From assembly GCF_009914755.1 (NCBI RefSeq), contig NC_060935.1: a stretch of 64,000 bases of DNA; one strand, written 5' to 3'. The notes under the pieces were generated by a model. It had not been told where the DNA came from, made no database searches, and worked only from the letters and a program-made list of their open reading frames with translations. Position numbers and translations under genes: made by a program. Origin of the DNA: the human T2T-CHM13v2.0 reference genome, Homo sapiens. Shown here in pieces: positions 48,178-64,000 of this stretch (the stretch's first letter is position 1; each line of letters starts with the position of its first letter).

Positions 48178-49239
48178 AAATTTTAATAGAGAAATGAAGT
48201 CACATAGTCAATGAGAGAAACCTGTGGACCATGGAGGGCCCAAAGAGTAACAGGTAGCCAGATAGAAGTTAATAAATCCATGATCAGTCACATCAGGTGC
48301 AAAGAATAAACTTCATTTCTTCACTGCTGGAAACTACAGTGCAGTGAAAGAGATAGACAAGTAAACAACATTAAAATGCAATGAGATATGTACTAAGATA
48401 ATGATTTGAACTTTGTACTGTGAAAACAAAGAATAGAGTGAATATAATTATTCTAAAGATGGAGAGATGAATTTGAGTATGGTTTTAAAAGCTGAATTAT
48501 AGTTTATTAAACAGAGATAAGGTTTAAAAATTACAGGGAAAGGCAAAAATATGTGGCTGTAAAGTGTCATGGTTAGTTTATGGAGTGGAGAAAAGTGTTG
48601 TGTAGCTAAGGTGTGAGATTTGTGAGGAGAGGTATCAGTAAGTATAGGACTGACAAGAGAAGTAAAATCCAAATTTGGATGGGCTCGAATGCAATACTAG
48701 GGGATTCAAATTTTGCCTTAAAACATTATTGAGTAGACAGAGTCCTTTAATTAGTATTGAAAAGGTTTGTTATTTTTGTTGTTTGCTGTCCCTTTTTGCT
48801 TGCTTACTTGCTTTCAGCACAAAAACTCTAGTAGTAGGAGGAGGAGAACAGATGAACAGATTAAAGGGTTGATCTAGAGCCCTGAAAGGACTTTTGGAGA
48901 AAGACATTGATTGACAATATGCTACCATTTCATTCTGTTGAGTAATGAAAGCCAAATAGATATGATATTGGAAAAGCAGTTTTATTATGATGAGTGGGTA
49001 GGGTTAAGAAGAATACAGTTGTACAATAAGATGTGTTTGCATATATTGGCCTGGGGGTTCAAAGGATAAATTAGGAAGGCATCAGAAACAAAGAAAAACT
49101 AAAGGGAAATTTGCAGTAGAGTGGGTTAGATAGGAGCATTCAGATTTGATGATGATGGTTTTGACCAGTAAGATAATTTAAATAACTGTATCATAAGGCA
49201 GAACATGATTGGTATCATAAGAAATAAACAATTATGGGC

Positions 49240-49526
<287 letters not shown>

Positions 49527-49527
49527 C

Positions 49528-49661
49528 AAAAAAAGAGAGAAAGAAAAGAATGGGAAAGAGAGAAAGGGAAGGGAGAAGAGGAAGGGAGAAAAGAAAATGA
49601 GAAAAGGAAAAGGAAAGGAAAGGAAGAAAAGAAAGAAAAGAAAAAAGAAAAGAAAGAGAAA
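49528..49661. repeat. Polypurine (GAAA/GGAA)-rich tract derived from the Alu tail
   Basis: About 134 nt, all A/G except two T. Confidence 0.92.
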
Positions 49662-50104
49662 CCACGATGGGGAATCTGCAGTAAGGCACAAGATTTCTTG
49701 CGGGAGGAATTAGAGAAGGTTGTTTTCTGTTGTGGTGATGGTGATGATTTTTTTGTTTTTGTTTTTGTTTTCATTTTGGTGGGGTTTTGAGGGGTGGGGG
49801 TTGGCTTCTGGTTTTTAATGAAGGCCCTATTTTTGTGTTCCTTTTAAATGTTTTTATAAGATACAATTTGAAGTGAAACATAAACTGAATTTTAGTATGC
49901 ATATGATCTTATTGAGATATTTTTAGACAAGGACCAATAGCATGTATACAGGCTCATAATACATTTAGAATACAGCATATTTGGAAAATAGCAAGCACTC
50001 CTATTACATGGAATGTTGCATGCATAAATGGGAAGAATTTGAGGCAAAATATGGAAAGATAACTTAGGACTAGAACATTGGAGCTGATGCAGAATATTTC
50101 ATGA

Positions 50105-50931
50105 CCGCTTTGTCAGACTTGCAACAGGGGCGCCCCGTTTACTCGGCCCACTGTGCTCAACCCCTTACAGAAGGGAGCATGTGAGTAAGTGAGTGTGGAA
50201 TCCTTCCAGCCACTGCTCCAGGTGCTGGCAGGAGCGAGCTCCATTTACTATCCTGCGGCAGTGCCCAGGTGAGGGTGCCTGCAACGGTGAAGCTCAAGAA
50301 GGGGTGTTACAATGACTTCTTCGCTCCACTACCCATAGAGTGCAGTGTATTATCAGCTTACTTAGCCCCTTGCCTCATCACATGGGATGGCTTCCCTCTG
50401 CTGGCAAGGGCAAAGGGTCAGTGTGATGGCCATTTTTGGGTCCCTGTACTCGGTGGTTCCTGAGCTCTTGTCCAGCATCCAAGAAGAATAAGGTCACACA
50501 GACACTTGAAGGATGGCAAAAGTGGATAATTTTATTTAGCAATGGAAATGGTTCTCAGCAGACAGGGGAGCAGGAGAGGGGACAGGACAGGCAGGCAGTC
50601 TCCCCACAAAGTCCAGCTGGATCTTCCCTGAAGTCAAGTTGTCTCTGCTCTGAAGTCCAGCTGTCTCTCTGAAGTCAAGTCACCTCTCTATCCTCTACTG
50701 ACTGTGTCTGGGGTCTTTATAGGCACAGGATGATGGGTAGGGTGGGCTATAGGTAGTTTTGGAAAAGGCAACATTCAGTTGGTAAGAAGGCGTTTTTCAG
50801 AAAGAACCAATTGGGAAAGAGAGGGCAGACAGGAATAGAAGTTTTCACTTTGGGCCATGGGTTTCAGGCTTTTCAGCTTGAAGGTGGAGTTTCACCAGGG
50901 ACGTATCCCTGTCTGCCTCCTGCCTCTATCA
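50105..50931 (-). mobile_element. ERV1 solo LTR of the LTR1/LTR28/MER52 group
   Basis: Minus strand begins TGATAGAGGCAGGAGGCAG...gaaactccaccttcaagc...cccaaagtgaaaacttc; cttgtccagcatccaagaagaat motif. Left boundary and TSD are uncertain. Confidence 0.7.
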
Positions 50932-50989
50932 AAGCCTTCAAGTGGAAGACTAAAACATTTAGACATTAGTGAGTAAAGCATTCATGACA

Positions 50990-52080
50990 TCCTTTTTTAG
51001 CCATTGTAATCATCCGTCTTTTAATAACCCCTCATCTTCCTGGCACGGTCTTCCTCATTTATTTTATTCAGTCAATGTCTTGGTGATAACCATATATACA
51101 TCAATGATCCATCCAATATTATGACTTCTCAGTTTCTTTACCTCCAAGCTTCCCATGAACTTGTACTCCATCCCATCTTAGCCACCCTTTCCTGTGGTAA
51201 TAGCCTGAATCTTGTGATTATCAATTATTCTACCTTCATCACAATCTCAATTTCAAGTAAGCCATTTTCTGCTGAAAGCCTCTTTTCCATTCAAATAATT
51301 ACGTTTACTACTTCCACTTAAACAATCATTTGGCCCCTTCAGACCTCTCATTCCTTTTATCAGTTCACCACTTCACTGTCCATCATACCCTCACATCCTC
51401 AAGTGCCTTCCCTTTCTAGGTGAGATTACATAGTCACTTATTGTAAACTTTCTCCTCTGTCAGCTCTCAACTCTCTATCCCATCAATCTCTTGATCATGT
51501 AATACTCACTTGGCAAACCTCTTACCTCAACCTCAGCCTATGCCCCATTCATTTCATGATTATATCCATATAGCTGAGTATAGATAGAAAAAAATACATA
51601 ATTTTGAACACCGATTTTGCCTTAACTTTATATTCTTATTTACCTTTCAGTGACAAATATAAGGTCTTCCCTATGTCTTTATCTGTATGACTACTACACC
51701 ACTAATTACAAATAATAAACTGTTCTTGACAGTTTTGTGCCCTAGACTCCATCTCTTCTTACCTACATCAAGAAGTTGTCATCTGCAATTATTTACCCTC
51801 TCTTGCAAACATCACATTTCCCTCCATCCTGAATCATTCTCATCAGTAAACATGCTAGAATATTTATTATACTGAAATTAACCATTTTATGATTTCATAG
51901 CTCCCTCCAACTTCCATCCTTTTTTTCTCTGCTCTCCTTGATAGCAAGACTTCGTCCAAGAGTTGTTTAAACCCATCTCAAATTTCTATTTTATGTTTTC
52001 TTATACCTAATCCTATGAAGCTTTAATAACCACCATTATTGCAAATGTCACCAAGGATCTTCACATTGCCAAAGCTAATG
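50990..52080 (+). mobile_element. L2 remnant (ORF2 region)
   Basis: cttggtgataacc...aatgatccatccaata...gtcaccaaggatcttcacattgccaaagctaatgg. Confidence 0.65.
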
Positions 52081-52654
52081 GGATAGATGAAAGGGAATCC
52101 AAAATAAAGTAATGGCAATTAGAATAAAAATAAGGGAATGAAAAAGAGAGATGTAATAGGAATCAAATTGACAGAACTTGATAATTGACTGATTGCGGAG
52201 AAATGGAGAGAACATCAGCTTATTCATTCACAAAATGTGTTTTATTTTTTAAAATATCCCAATAATTTAAAACAAAATATAGATTTTTTCATAATTCCAG
52301 ATTAGAAAATTATTTTAAGTATCCCACAAAACAAAAAAGAACACAAACATTGAAATACAAAAAATGAAATATTCCCTAGCTCCTATGCCACCTGTAACCC
52401 ACATATATAGTTGATAACAAGTAGATTCACTAATTGTCATCAAATATTCTTGACCATTAACTTTGTACCAGGGACCGTGTGAGGATCCAAAGGGAACAAA
52501 ATGATGTGGTTCCTGTCCTGGTTTAGTTTACAGCTAAAAGTGAAAACAGATATGGAACAAATGGGTAGAAATGCCATTAGATTGAATAATTGATTGAGTC
52601 TGATTGGTTTTACCAAAAAAAGAAAAGAAAAATAATGAACAATGCTATTTCTCT

Positions 52655-52777
52655 TTATATATATACACACACAGTATTCATATATACATAATATATGCAC
52701 ATATATATTTTATATATATTTCTTTCTCCATATGTGTATATATTTACATTATATATACTTGCATTATGTATTTATGA

Positions 52778-52812
<35 letters not shown>

Positions 52813-52835
52813 TACATATATGCACAGAGAGAGAG
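52655..52835. repeat. (TA)n/(CA)n/(GA)n low-complexity tract within an L2 remnant
   Basis: Read directly. Confidence 0.85.
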
Positions 52836-53009
52836 GAAAGAGATTAACTTGGTGAGAGAAGTGGGGTGGTAGAGAGGAAAGACTTTACTGAAAAAGTAAT
52901 ATTTAAAGTAGAACTTAATTGACTACAAAATTGGGAATGGGTAAATAAATTCTTCCTTGCAAACAATATGAATGTTTCCTGGGGAGCAGAATAAAATATT
53001 GAGGAAAAG

Positions 53010-53230
53010 TGGCTTCAGACTTAATAAAGTCCTAGCATTTGAACTCCTTGCCTTTTATTTAATAGCTCACTGATTTGGAGGGAGTTACATAATTTTTAAA
53101 ATAGTTTTCTATTATTTAAAATAGGGACTATCGTATCTACCTTACTGTGTTTTGTAAGTTTTAAATGACAGTTTACTTATATACATTTCACAAAGCACCA
53201 GGCTTGTAGCAGATGTTCAGTTAATGTTTA
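53010..53230 (+). mobile_element. MIR remnant
   Basis: agttttctattatttaaaatagggacta...aaagcaccaggcttgtagcagatgttcagttaatgttta. Confidence 0.55.
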
Positions 53231-54089
53231 TTCCCATCTACTTTACATCTAGAGTCTTTAATGCACAAAAATCCCTGTGATGAAGCTATGATAATCAGCA
53301 TTCCCCCTCTGAAAACATTTCTCCTTTGAACCATATCATACACAGAGGCTTTGAAATCCGCAAGAGTTTGTAAAATGAAATATGTTGTGAATTGTCTACA
53401 GAGCAAATCAGGAGCTGCCACATCTTGTATCTCAAATATGAGTGGTAACAGCAGGAATGCTGGCATTCTCCACAAGAAGACTACAGTGAGAAAACAATCT
53501 GTGCAGATTAAAGTGTGAAAATAAACTATTAACAATGGTTTAAAACAACTCATTTGTCACGTTTTTTTCCCAGAGTTATGCAACCAGGCAGCTGATCAAC
53601 TGTGCTGGCAGAACTAATTCCTCCAGGATATTTTAGGTCCCTTTATTTCTTGGTAATTACTGTGTAGATTGGTAGCCAGATATGAGTAAGAAACTCTTTG
53701 GAAGGAACATTCCTTCTGAAGAATGATAAAACTTTACAAATAAAAAGTAATGTGAGTGAGTGTTCTTGATAGTTGCAAGGAAGAGGAGCTCACTCAAGTG
53801 AACCGAAGTAAGGAACTTTCTATTTTCAGGAGAAACATGACATGATAAGAGAAATGGTATAGAGAAATCCAAGATTAAGGTCTGTAATACAGCTTGATTT
53901 TGTGGGGACTAAGACAGGAAGGGACCGAGTCCAAATCGTTCTAAGAATGTTAGCAGCAGGAGTTCATGACTATTCTCTTTATGAATTCCCCACCAGTGTG
54001 GCTGAGCTATTACATGTAGCTTTTCCACTCTTCAATTGTCTTAGCCTTATCCTCCACTTTGAAAATATTCTCCCTACCTTCCAGATGGG

Positions 54090-54131
<42 letters not shown>
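54090..54131. repeat. (GT)n microsatellite
   Basis: Read directly. Confidence 0.95.
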
Positions 54132-54136
<5 letters not shown>

Positions 54137-55006
54137 CAACTTCCTCATAACTTAGGTTTGCCTTAAGTCACCTTAATATTATTTGTGCCTCACTGCCTCC
54201 TTTCAGTTTTTTGTTTGTTTGTTTGTTTTTGCAGAAAGGACTGTGGATAAGGTGATTTATGATTAATTTGTCTAATACATTGAGTAAAGTCCACCATATC
54301 TGTGAGGCATATTTCTTTGTTTTATCATGGAAAACTTAATCTGCTAGACTTAAATGTTAGAGTGAACTGTATAGAAATCACAATTTCTAGTTAAATCACA
54401 ATTGAAAAGAGCCAACTCTGATTGGGGTGCAAGAGTCCCATAGAAGTATTCAGAGATCTTCAAATAATTTAATTGCTGAATATTTAATTGTTGAATTGTG
54501 TCATTTGGAATTGCTATATTTTTATTTTGATTTAATTTCCTTTTTAGTCAGTAGAGCCATTCTTCCATCATTACTGGGCCCACTTTGCTTTCAAAGAAGT
54601 GTTATTGGCTGTTGGAAGCAGAATCCTAATTTGTTGAATATTTGATTTGTCATTCTAAACCATATTCACATACGTCTTGGTGGCAGGTCATAAAAATCAA
54701 AGTACCAACTTTTTTTTTCTTTTTCTAATTATTCAAAAGGCTCCAATTCTTACACAAATAGATAGACACATACGCACACACTTCACCAAGTCAAATTAAC
54801 CTTAAATTGTAAAAAACCACCCAAAAACATTTTAAATTATGAACTTATTGTAAAATATTTGTTTCTGATTATATGCATGTAATTACAGAGAATTTTCTAT
54901 CATTTTATGCGTGGAAATTTATGAAAATAATAAACATCTACTTTTCTTTAAAAAAAACTTCATCTCACTTAAAGTAAATATTTCACCCTTTGTTATAAAA
55001 TTTTAA

Positions 55007-55317
<311 letters not shown>

Positions 55318-55594
55318 TCTAACATATTTCTTAATGCCAGAGAAAACTTTCATGTTTGGTAAATATATATAGTTGCTTTCTTCAGGCCTTACATTTCTAA
55401 GATCTATTTCTAAGTTATTGATGCACATGGAAGGAGCCCTCAAATGATGGTGGAAAGACATGAATATATTTCTCTAAATCATAGTGGCAAGAACAGGATA
55501 AGAAAATAAGTCTTAAAATTTAGTAATCAGAAGAAAGTGATTATAGTGTAAGCCAGCCCCTTGATCAATTTATTCTTGATGCTTGGAAAGGGAA

Positions 55595-55696
55595 AATAAA
55601 TTTATTGGCTTCCCTTATTTTTAGAATGTATTTATTGGCTATTTTCCAAAAAAAATTATTTTTAGAATAAATTTATTGGCTTCCCTTATTTTTAGA

Positions 55697-55698
<2 letters not shown>
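55595..55698. repeat. Short complex tandem repeat: exact 33-nt copies at 55595-55627 and 55666-55698 with a degenerate middle unit, followed by (TA)n(CA)n to about 55745
   Basis: aataaatttattggcttcccttatttttagaat twice. Confidence 0.92.
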
Positions 55699-55745
<47 letters not shown>

Positions 55746-56414
55746 TACTAGTGATGAAAAACATTTTCTCCTAATGATAAAACTCTCTAGGTTTTTTCAG
55801 TCATCCTACATAAATAATACTCATAATGGTGCATTTATTTGTTGGTAACATAAGCCATTTATGTCAGAACATTCTTCAGTCCTTTATTTACATAGCAATC
55901 ACTCACCTTAAGAAACTATGATTCAGGATGATATACACTTTTTGAGGTGAGAAAAAACTTTGTACTTCTCAGTGGTTCTTTAAGGAATTGAAAATAAGTC
56001 ATCTGGACATGTTTCTAAATGATTAGAATTTCCAAATACTATAACATATTTATTTGAATACAGTTACATACAAAGTTATATGTTGATAAATAATATATAA
56101 TCTAACGTACTACTAGATTTCTAAACCCTCAAGAACATCAGCTCTCTCATTATGTATGAGACAACTGGAACCCAGAGAAATTCTGATTGCTTCAGTGTTG
56201 CAACAGAGCTAGGGCTGGAGGAGGGAATTGTGTCACTTAACTATGCATCACAGGTAGATATTTAATATGCCCTGAAAGGATAAGTACAATGGCATATCTC
56301 ACACATAGCACAATATCTTTTGCCCTGTCTAGTGTTATGAATGTGACAGAATCCAGATAGGTTATGAGCTAGAACCTGATATTGTGTCACCATTGGTTAT
56401 GCTTGGCACAATGA

Positions 56415-57372
<958 letters not shown>

Positions 57373-57764
57373 ATTTAGACATACGAAAATGATCAGCTAA
57401 ACCTTTCCAACTCATTAGTCCAGCCAAATTCTCAAGGTTTACTGGACAGGAGTTCTTAACTCCAGCAATGATTATTACTAAAAGTGTCAGACAGAATGGC
57501 CATTTGAAATATGCAACAACAGGTATTTCATAGACATTGGCCTATCAGAACAAGACCTTCAGCCAATGAGGAAAAACACTCAGCTCTGCTGGGAGTACCA
57601 GCACATACAGGTTGAATATAATTTGCCTTAATGTTAGGGCAAGTTGCCACTGAATACTGTATGTTTGACAGCATGACTCTCTGCATGCCGTTTTTCAGAC
57701 ATTTTAGTCAATTATACTCTAATCCTCAGAAGGACAAGTCACATGAGAAAAATCAGAGTAAAGA

Positions 57765-57965
57765 AAGGTCCATTCTTGATTTTTTTTAATGTTCATAAAA
57801 TCTCCTAAGGAAACTATCAAAATATGAAGTTCATAGCCCTACCTTCAAAAAATATTCATCATCAGGCTTAGAGCTGAACTCTGTTGCCTGAAATTTTAAT
57901 AAGTTGTCCAGGTTTTTCTGGTGTTTTGACTCTCTGTTCTGTAAGGTGCTTGGAGAAACACTGCT
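57765..57965. mobile_element. MER5-like hAT fossil
   Basis: aaaatctcctaaggaaact...tttaataagttgtccagg...ttggagaaacactg. Confidence 0.5.
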
Positions 57966-58674
57966 CTAAATTGCGTGCCACTTAGGGAAAAGTATCCTAG
58001 CTCTTCAAAAGTAATTGGAATAAATAAGAAAATCAACAACCATAAAGACAAAGAAGGAGAGTAATGTGCTTTCAGCTGGAAGGCTTCTGTTTATGAGAAA
58101 TTAGGGTAATTTAAGGTCATCTTCTAATGGCACGTAATTCTAAACTAGGGCAGCCACATAAGCCAGGATAGACAGGTCTGGGGAAAGAAACGGAGACACA
58201 CATTGAGTGTTTCTTGAGCTATATATTCAGCTCCATACTAGGGGCAATCAAAAGATCAAAGAGCTACCTTGACTGAAGAGACAAGCCTGATATTTTGATC
58301 TTCGACTGTGTGTCTTATGGGACTGTCTCCCTTCCCTTTCAGCATCAAACTCTGCCTAACAAAAGGAATTTGAAGCTAAACTGCACAAGATTTGAGATAC
58401 TAAAACTTGCAACTGAAATAAACCAGGTAGCCAAGTCAGACAGTCAGTGATTAATGTAGTACATATAGTATGCCTGGACTATTATACTCTGTGATTGAAG
58501 TTTCTCAACACAGTGATCTCAAGAAAATAGCTCTGCACATAAGGTCAGAAAATCCCTAATTTTGCAACACTTTTATCAGCAACTTTCAGTAGGACCTTGG
58601 GCCAGTTACTTGACCTCTTTGACTCTCAGTTACCTCATTTCTAAAAGAAGAAGGGTAAATTATATCAGCTAAGG

Positions 58675-59012
58675 CAGTGGGTGGCTCCCAACCATTTTGG
58701 CACCAGGGATCAACTTCATGGAGGACAATTTTTTCACAGACACAGAGGGATGGTTTCAGGATGAAACTTTTCCACCTCAGACCATCAGGCTTTAGATTCT
58801 CATAAGGATTATGCAGCCTAGCTCCCTTGCATGCACAGTTCACAACAGGGTGCAAACTCCTGTGAGAATCTAATGCTGCCACTGATCTGACAAGAGGTGG
58901 AAGTCAGGCAGTAATGCTCACTTACCGGCCTCTCACTTCCTGCTGTGCAGCCTGGTTCCTAACAGGCCACAGACCACTGCAGGTCTGTGGCCTGGAGGGG
59001 TGGGGAACCCTG
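58675..59012 (+). mobile_element. MER1B (hAT-Charlie)
   Basis: cagtg...cccaaccattttggcaccaggg...tagattctcataagga...ggggtggggaaccctg. 8-bp TSD-like AGCTAAGG/AGCTAGGC. Confidence 0.88.
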
Positions 59013-60279
59013 AGCTAGGCTCAACTTTAGCTGTAACACAATAATCCCATGAAATGTAAAGCAAAACGTAACCACTGAATATTATCATTTGTTAAATGGC
59101 AAGATGTCTAAAGAGCTTTCTAATATGTCCTTATATCATCACTCTTAGTGTGATGAGAAAACTTTAAAAACCAGTTATAATTTCTTGCAGTATAGCCCAA
59201 ATTAGGTAAAATAATTTGAAGCCTCTTATTCAACTCTTTTTGTTTTATTTTTAATATATAGTTCAGATATTAGCAACCTCTTGGGGCCGGAAGTGAGGCT
59301 TAAGAATGCCTTTGGCCATAATGGAAATTATTTGAGGAACTCCAGAAGGCTGTATCTGGGCAAAATTACCCCCCAAATACTATCAGAAGTACCCATCCTT
59401 TGGGTCATTTTTAACGATTATGGCAACAAAAAAAATGTCTTCTTTGCAATTTATAAATGTAATCTGGAAGAGAAGAGAGACTATATGGATCTGATCTGAC
59501 TCATATCAGTCAATAGTATCAGTAACTCTTTGGTATTATTCGCAGGCAGATGTAGATTCTGAAGAGCCTAAAATGTTGTACAACCTTGGTACCTTACTTA
59601 ATAAAAAGAATACTAAAGAATTAATATAAAAGTGGGTTCTACAAATAGTATTATATTTAGAAAGAGAAAAAAATCAAAATGAATTACCGTAGCTCTGGAG
59701 ATTGAAGTCCCTTTCTCCTAAGATCTCTTTAGACAATTTACGAGAAATAATTATATAGAAATATTTTCCAAATTTGGCCTTCCACTCCAACACCATATGA
59801 CACTGAGTAAATGCCAGCACTCACAGGGACTCATGCATATAAGAGGCTTAGGTTTAATAAGCATCATGATAAATCAGGTGTTATTGTGTCATCAGATTAA
59901 CAGGTAGAAAAGTAACAACAATACCAAATCAATTTTAAGAATAGGCAGGGAAATCGGAAATTAAGTTTGAGGACTGCTTCACAAGAGCATTCATAGGTAG
60001 CTTCTAAACAGGATGCCTGGAGTCTTCCTATGGGGCTTACAAGTAAGAGAGCATTAAAGATAAACTTCACATCATTAAAAACATTCGGCTGAGTTTATAG
60101 GTATCACCAGCAGACCACATCCTGCTATTCAAGTAGCTAGTAGAGACACCATGGGGAAAAATGCTGACATGAAGAGGAAGTAAAAGAAAGGAACCTGGCA
60201 GGTATAGTATGGAGGGGCATGGGGAAATATTTAAAAAGAAGCAGAGGAAACAAACATTATTGATAAAGAGAGAAGAAGT

Positions 60280-60540
60280 CATTAAACATTTGTTTTTGGT
60301 GACATAATAGTGCTAACCACTCAGTTCACTTGCTATTTATCAGGCTCTTGATGTGCAGCAAATTTTAGACTGGAAAGTAATTGAGGGAGTTAGCCTCTTA
60401 GAGTAGGACATTATATTGGTGATAATTCCCTTCTATGTCCTCAGTAAACAGATTAGAAAAATGAAACCCAGAGTTTTCTGATCTGTCAGAGATGGTACAG
60501 ACTAGACATTCAGTGAAGCCAGGTCTAGAAGCCAAATCTT
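60280..60540 (-). mobile_element. MIR remnant
   Basis: acagattagaaaaatgaaacccagag...gaagccaggtctagaagccaaatc. Confidence 0.5.
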
Positions 60541-61099
60541 TGTGATAAAAACTTTAGTGACATTTTTTTCTCCTTTGCCAAAAAATTAAAAAAAAAAAAA
60601 CAATAAATACCACAAAGAGCAAAGATAACCTTTCTGTCTTATGTGAGATTAAACATTTTCCATCTAAACTTATCCATATGCTTTCTTCAAAACCTATTTC
60701 AAAACCTACATAACAAATAAATAGATAAATATTAAACACATAAAATGGTTTTCTCGCCAAAGGTAGCCCTTTTTTTCCCTTTGCATGTCCAGTGTATATG
60801 ACCTTCATATCTTAAAGAATTTATCTTACTCTATTTAGATTTCTTCTTCTTTCCTCTCATTCCACATACATATGCAAAATAATTGTACAGAGAACTACAT
60901 ATGCACAAAGATGCATCCATGCTCATATGGCCACAAACATAGACACCCCCAAACACATGCACAGTCTCCTCAGAGAAGCATCTGTGCCAAATCATGGCTG
61001 TTTTCTATGTGGTATTTTACACATAGGGGGCTTCTAAAAATTAATTTTAGGAGAAAATTTGCTCCAAGGCTATCTGATGGCACTAGCACCAAAATCCAC

Positions 61100-61890
61100 C
61101 AGGCCTCAGCTATTGCATTGTTTTCTAATAGGTGAAAGACCTATCCAGTCTCATTGCTTCATCTACCACCTCTAAATGACTGTAGGTGTTTTCCCCTGTC
61201 TAGAACTCATCCTGAGCGTCATTCTCTCATTTTTACTGTGTGGTCAGATACTTTCTTCTGAATATCTTGTAGGTACTTCAAACTCATTACCTCCAAATTG
61301 AAGCTCATCAGCATTTCTACTTTAACCGTGTCCTTTTTTCTTTTACTGACATTGCCAAATTCCCCAAGCTGCAAATTATATTGTTATTATTGACACTGCC
61401 CATGCCCTTATTCCTGTACCTCATTGTCTGCCGAGTTTTGCCAATTCAGTTATTAATTGGTTTTTCCCATCTAGTGCCTTTTGTCTGTTTTTATTACTAT
61501 TATTACAGCTCAGGTCTTTATCTTGTATCACTGAAGTAATGTCATTGATTTATTTGTCTCTGCTCCAGTTTCACTATATACATCTCAGCATAATGCAGCT
61601 TCCCTATTCAAAACCACTGTAGCTCCAAAACAGATTAAAGTCTAAATGTTTTACTCTGATAATCAATGCTCTCTATTTTTCAGATTCCATCTGTTTTTTC
61701 ATTCCATCCATATATTTCCAGGTTTATCTAATATCACTTCCCTTCACATATCCAGATGTCAGAAAAACTGATATTCCTATTTCTGGTCACTTCCCATCTC
61801 TTTATCATTTTTTTATAGCTCCATTTACTCTCTCCTATCTTTTTTCCACTTATCCAAACCCTCATTATTCTTATGATCTCCTCAAATATG
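61100..61890 (+). mobile_element. L2 remnant
   Basis: aatatcttgtaggtacttcaaactca...ccaaattgaagctcatc. Confidence 0.6.
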
Positions 61891-61892
61891 CA

Positions 61893-64000
<2,108 letters not shown>

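Overview
AT-rich, repeat-dense primate (very likely human) genomic DNA from inside the neuronal Ig-superfamily gene CNTN5 (contactin-5), transcribed on the + strand. Only one coding exon is present: 22050-22253 (204 nt, phase 1-1, C-terminal part of Ig domain 2). It is flanked by more than 22 kb and more than 41 kb of intron. The introns hold about 11 Alus, four primate L1PA insertions (three with twin-priming 5' inversions), a complete THE1D/MSTA-type MaLR, a THE1 interrupted by an L1, solo LTRs, DNA-transposon fossils, many L2/MIR remnants and microsatellites. All other long ORFs are L1 ORF2 fragments or chance frames. I cannot support a genuinely new biological system here. The best hypotheses are inverted Alus around a symmetric stop-free exon (circRNA candidate), recursive-splice-like AG|GT motifs, a possible intronic-polyadenylation isoform, an inverted templated copy of MaLR internal sequence beside its parent element, and complex L1 junctions including a possible short 3' transduction. 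Repeat subfamily names are from recall of consensus sequences and need RepeatMasker/Dfam confirmation.
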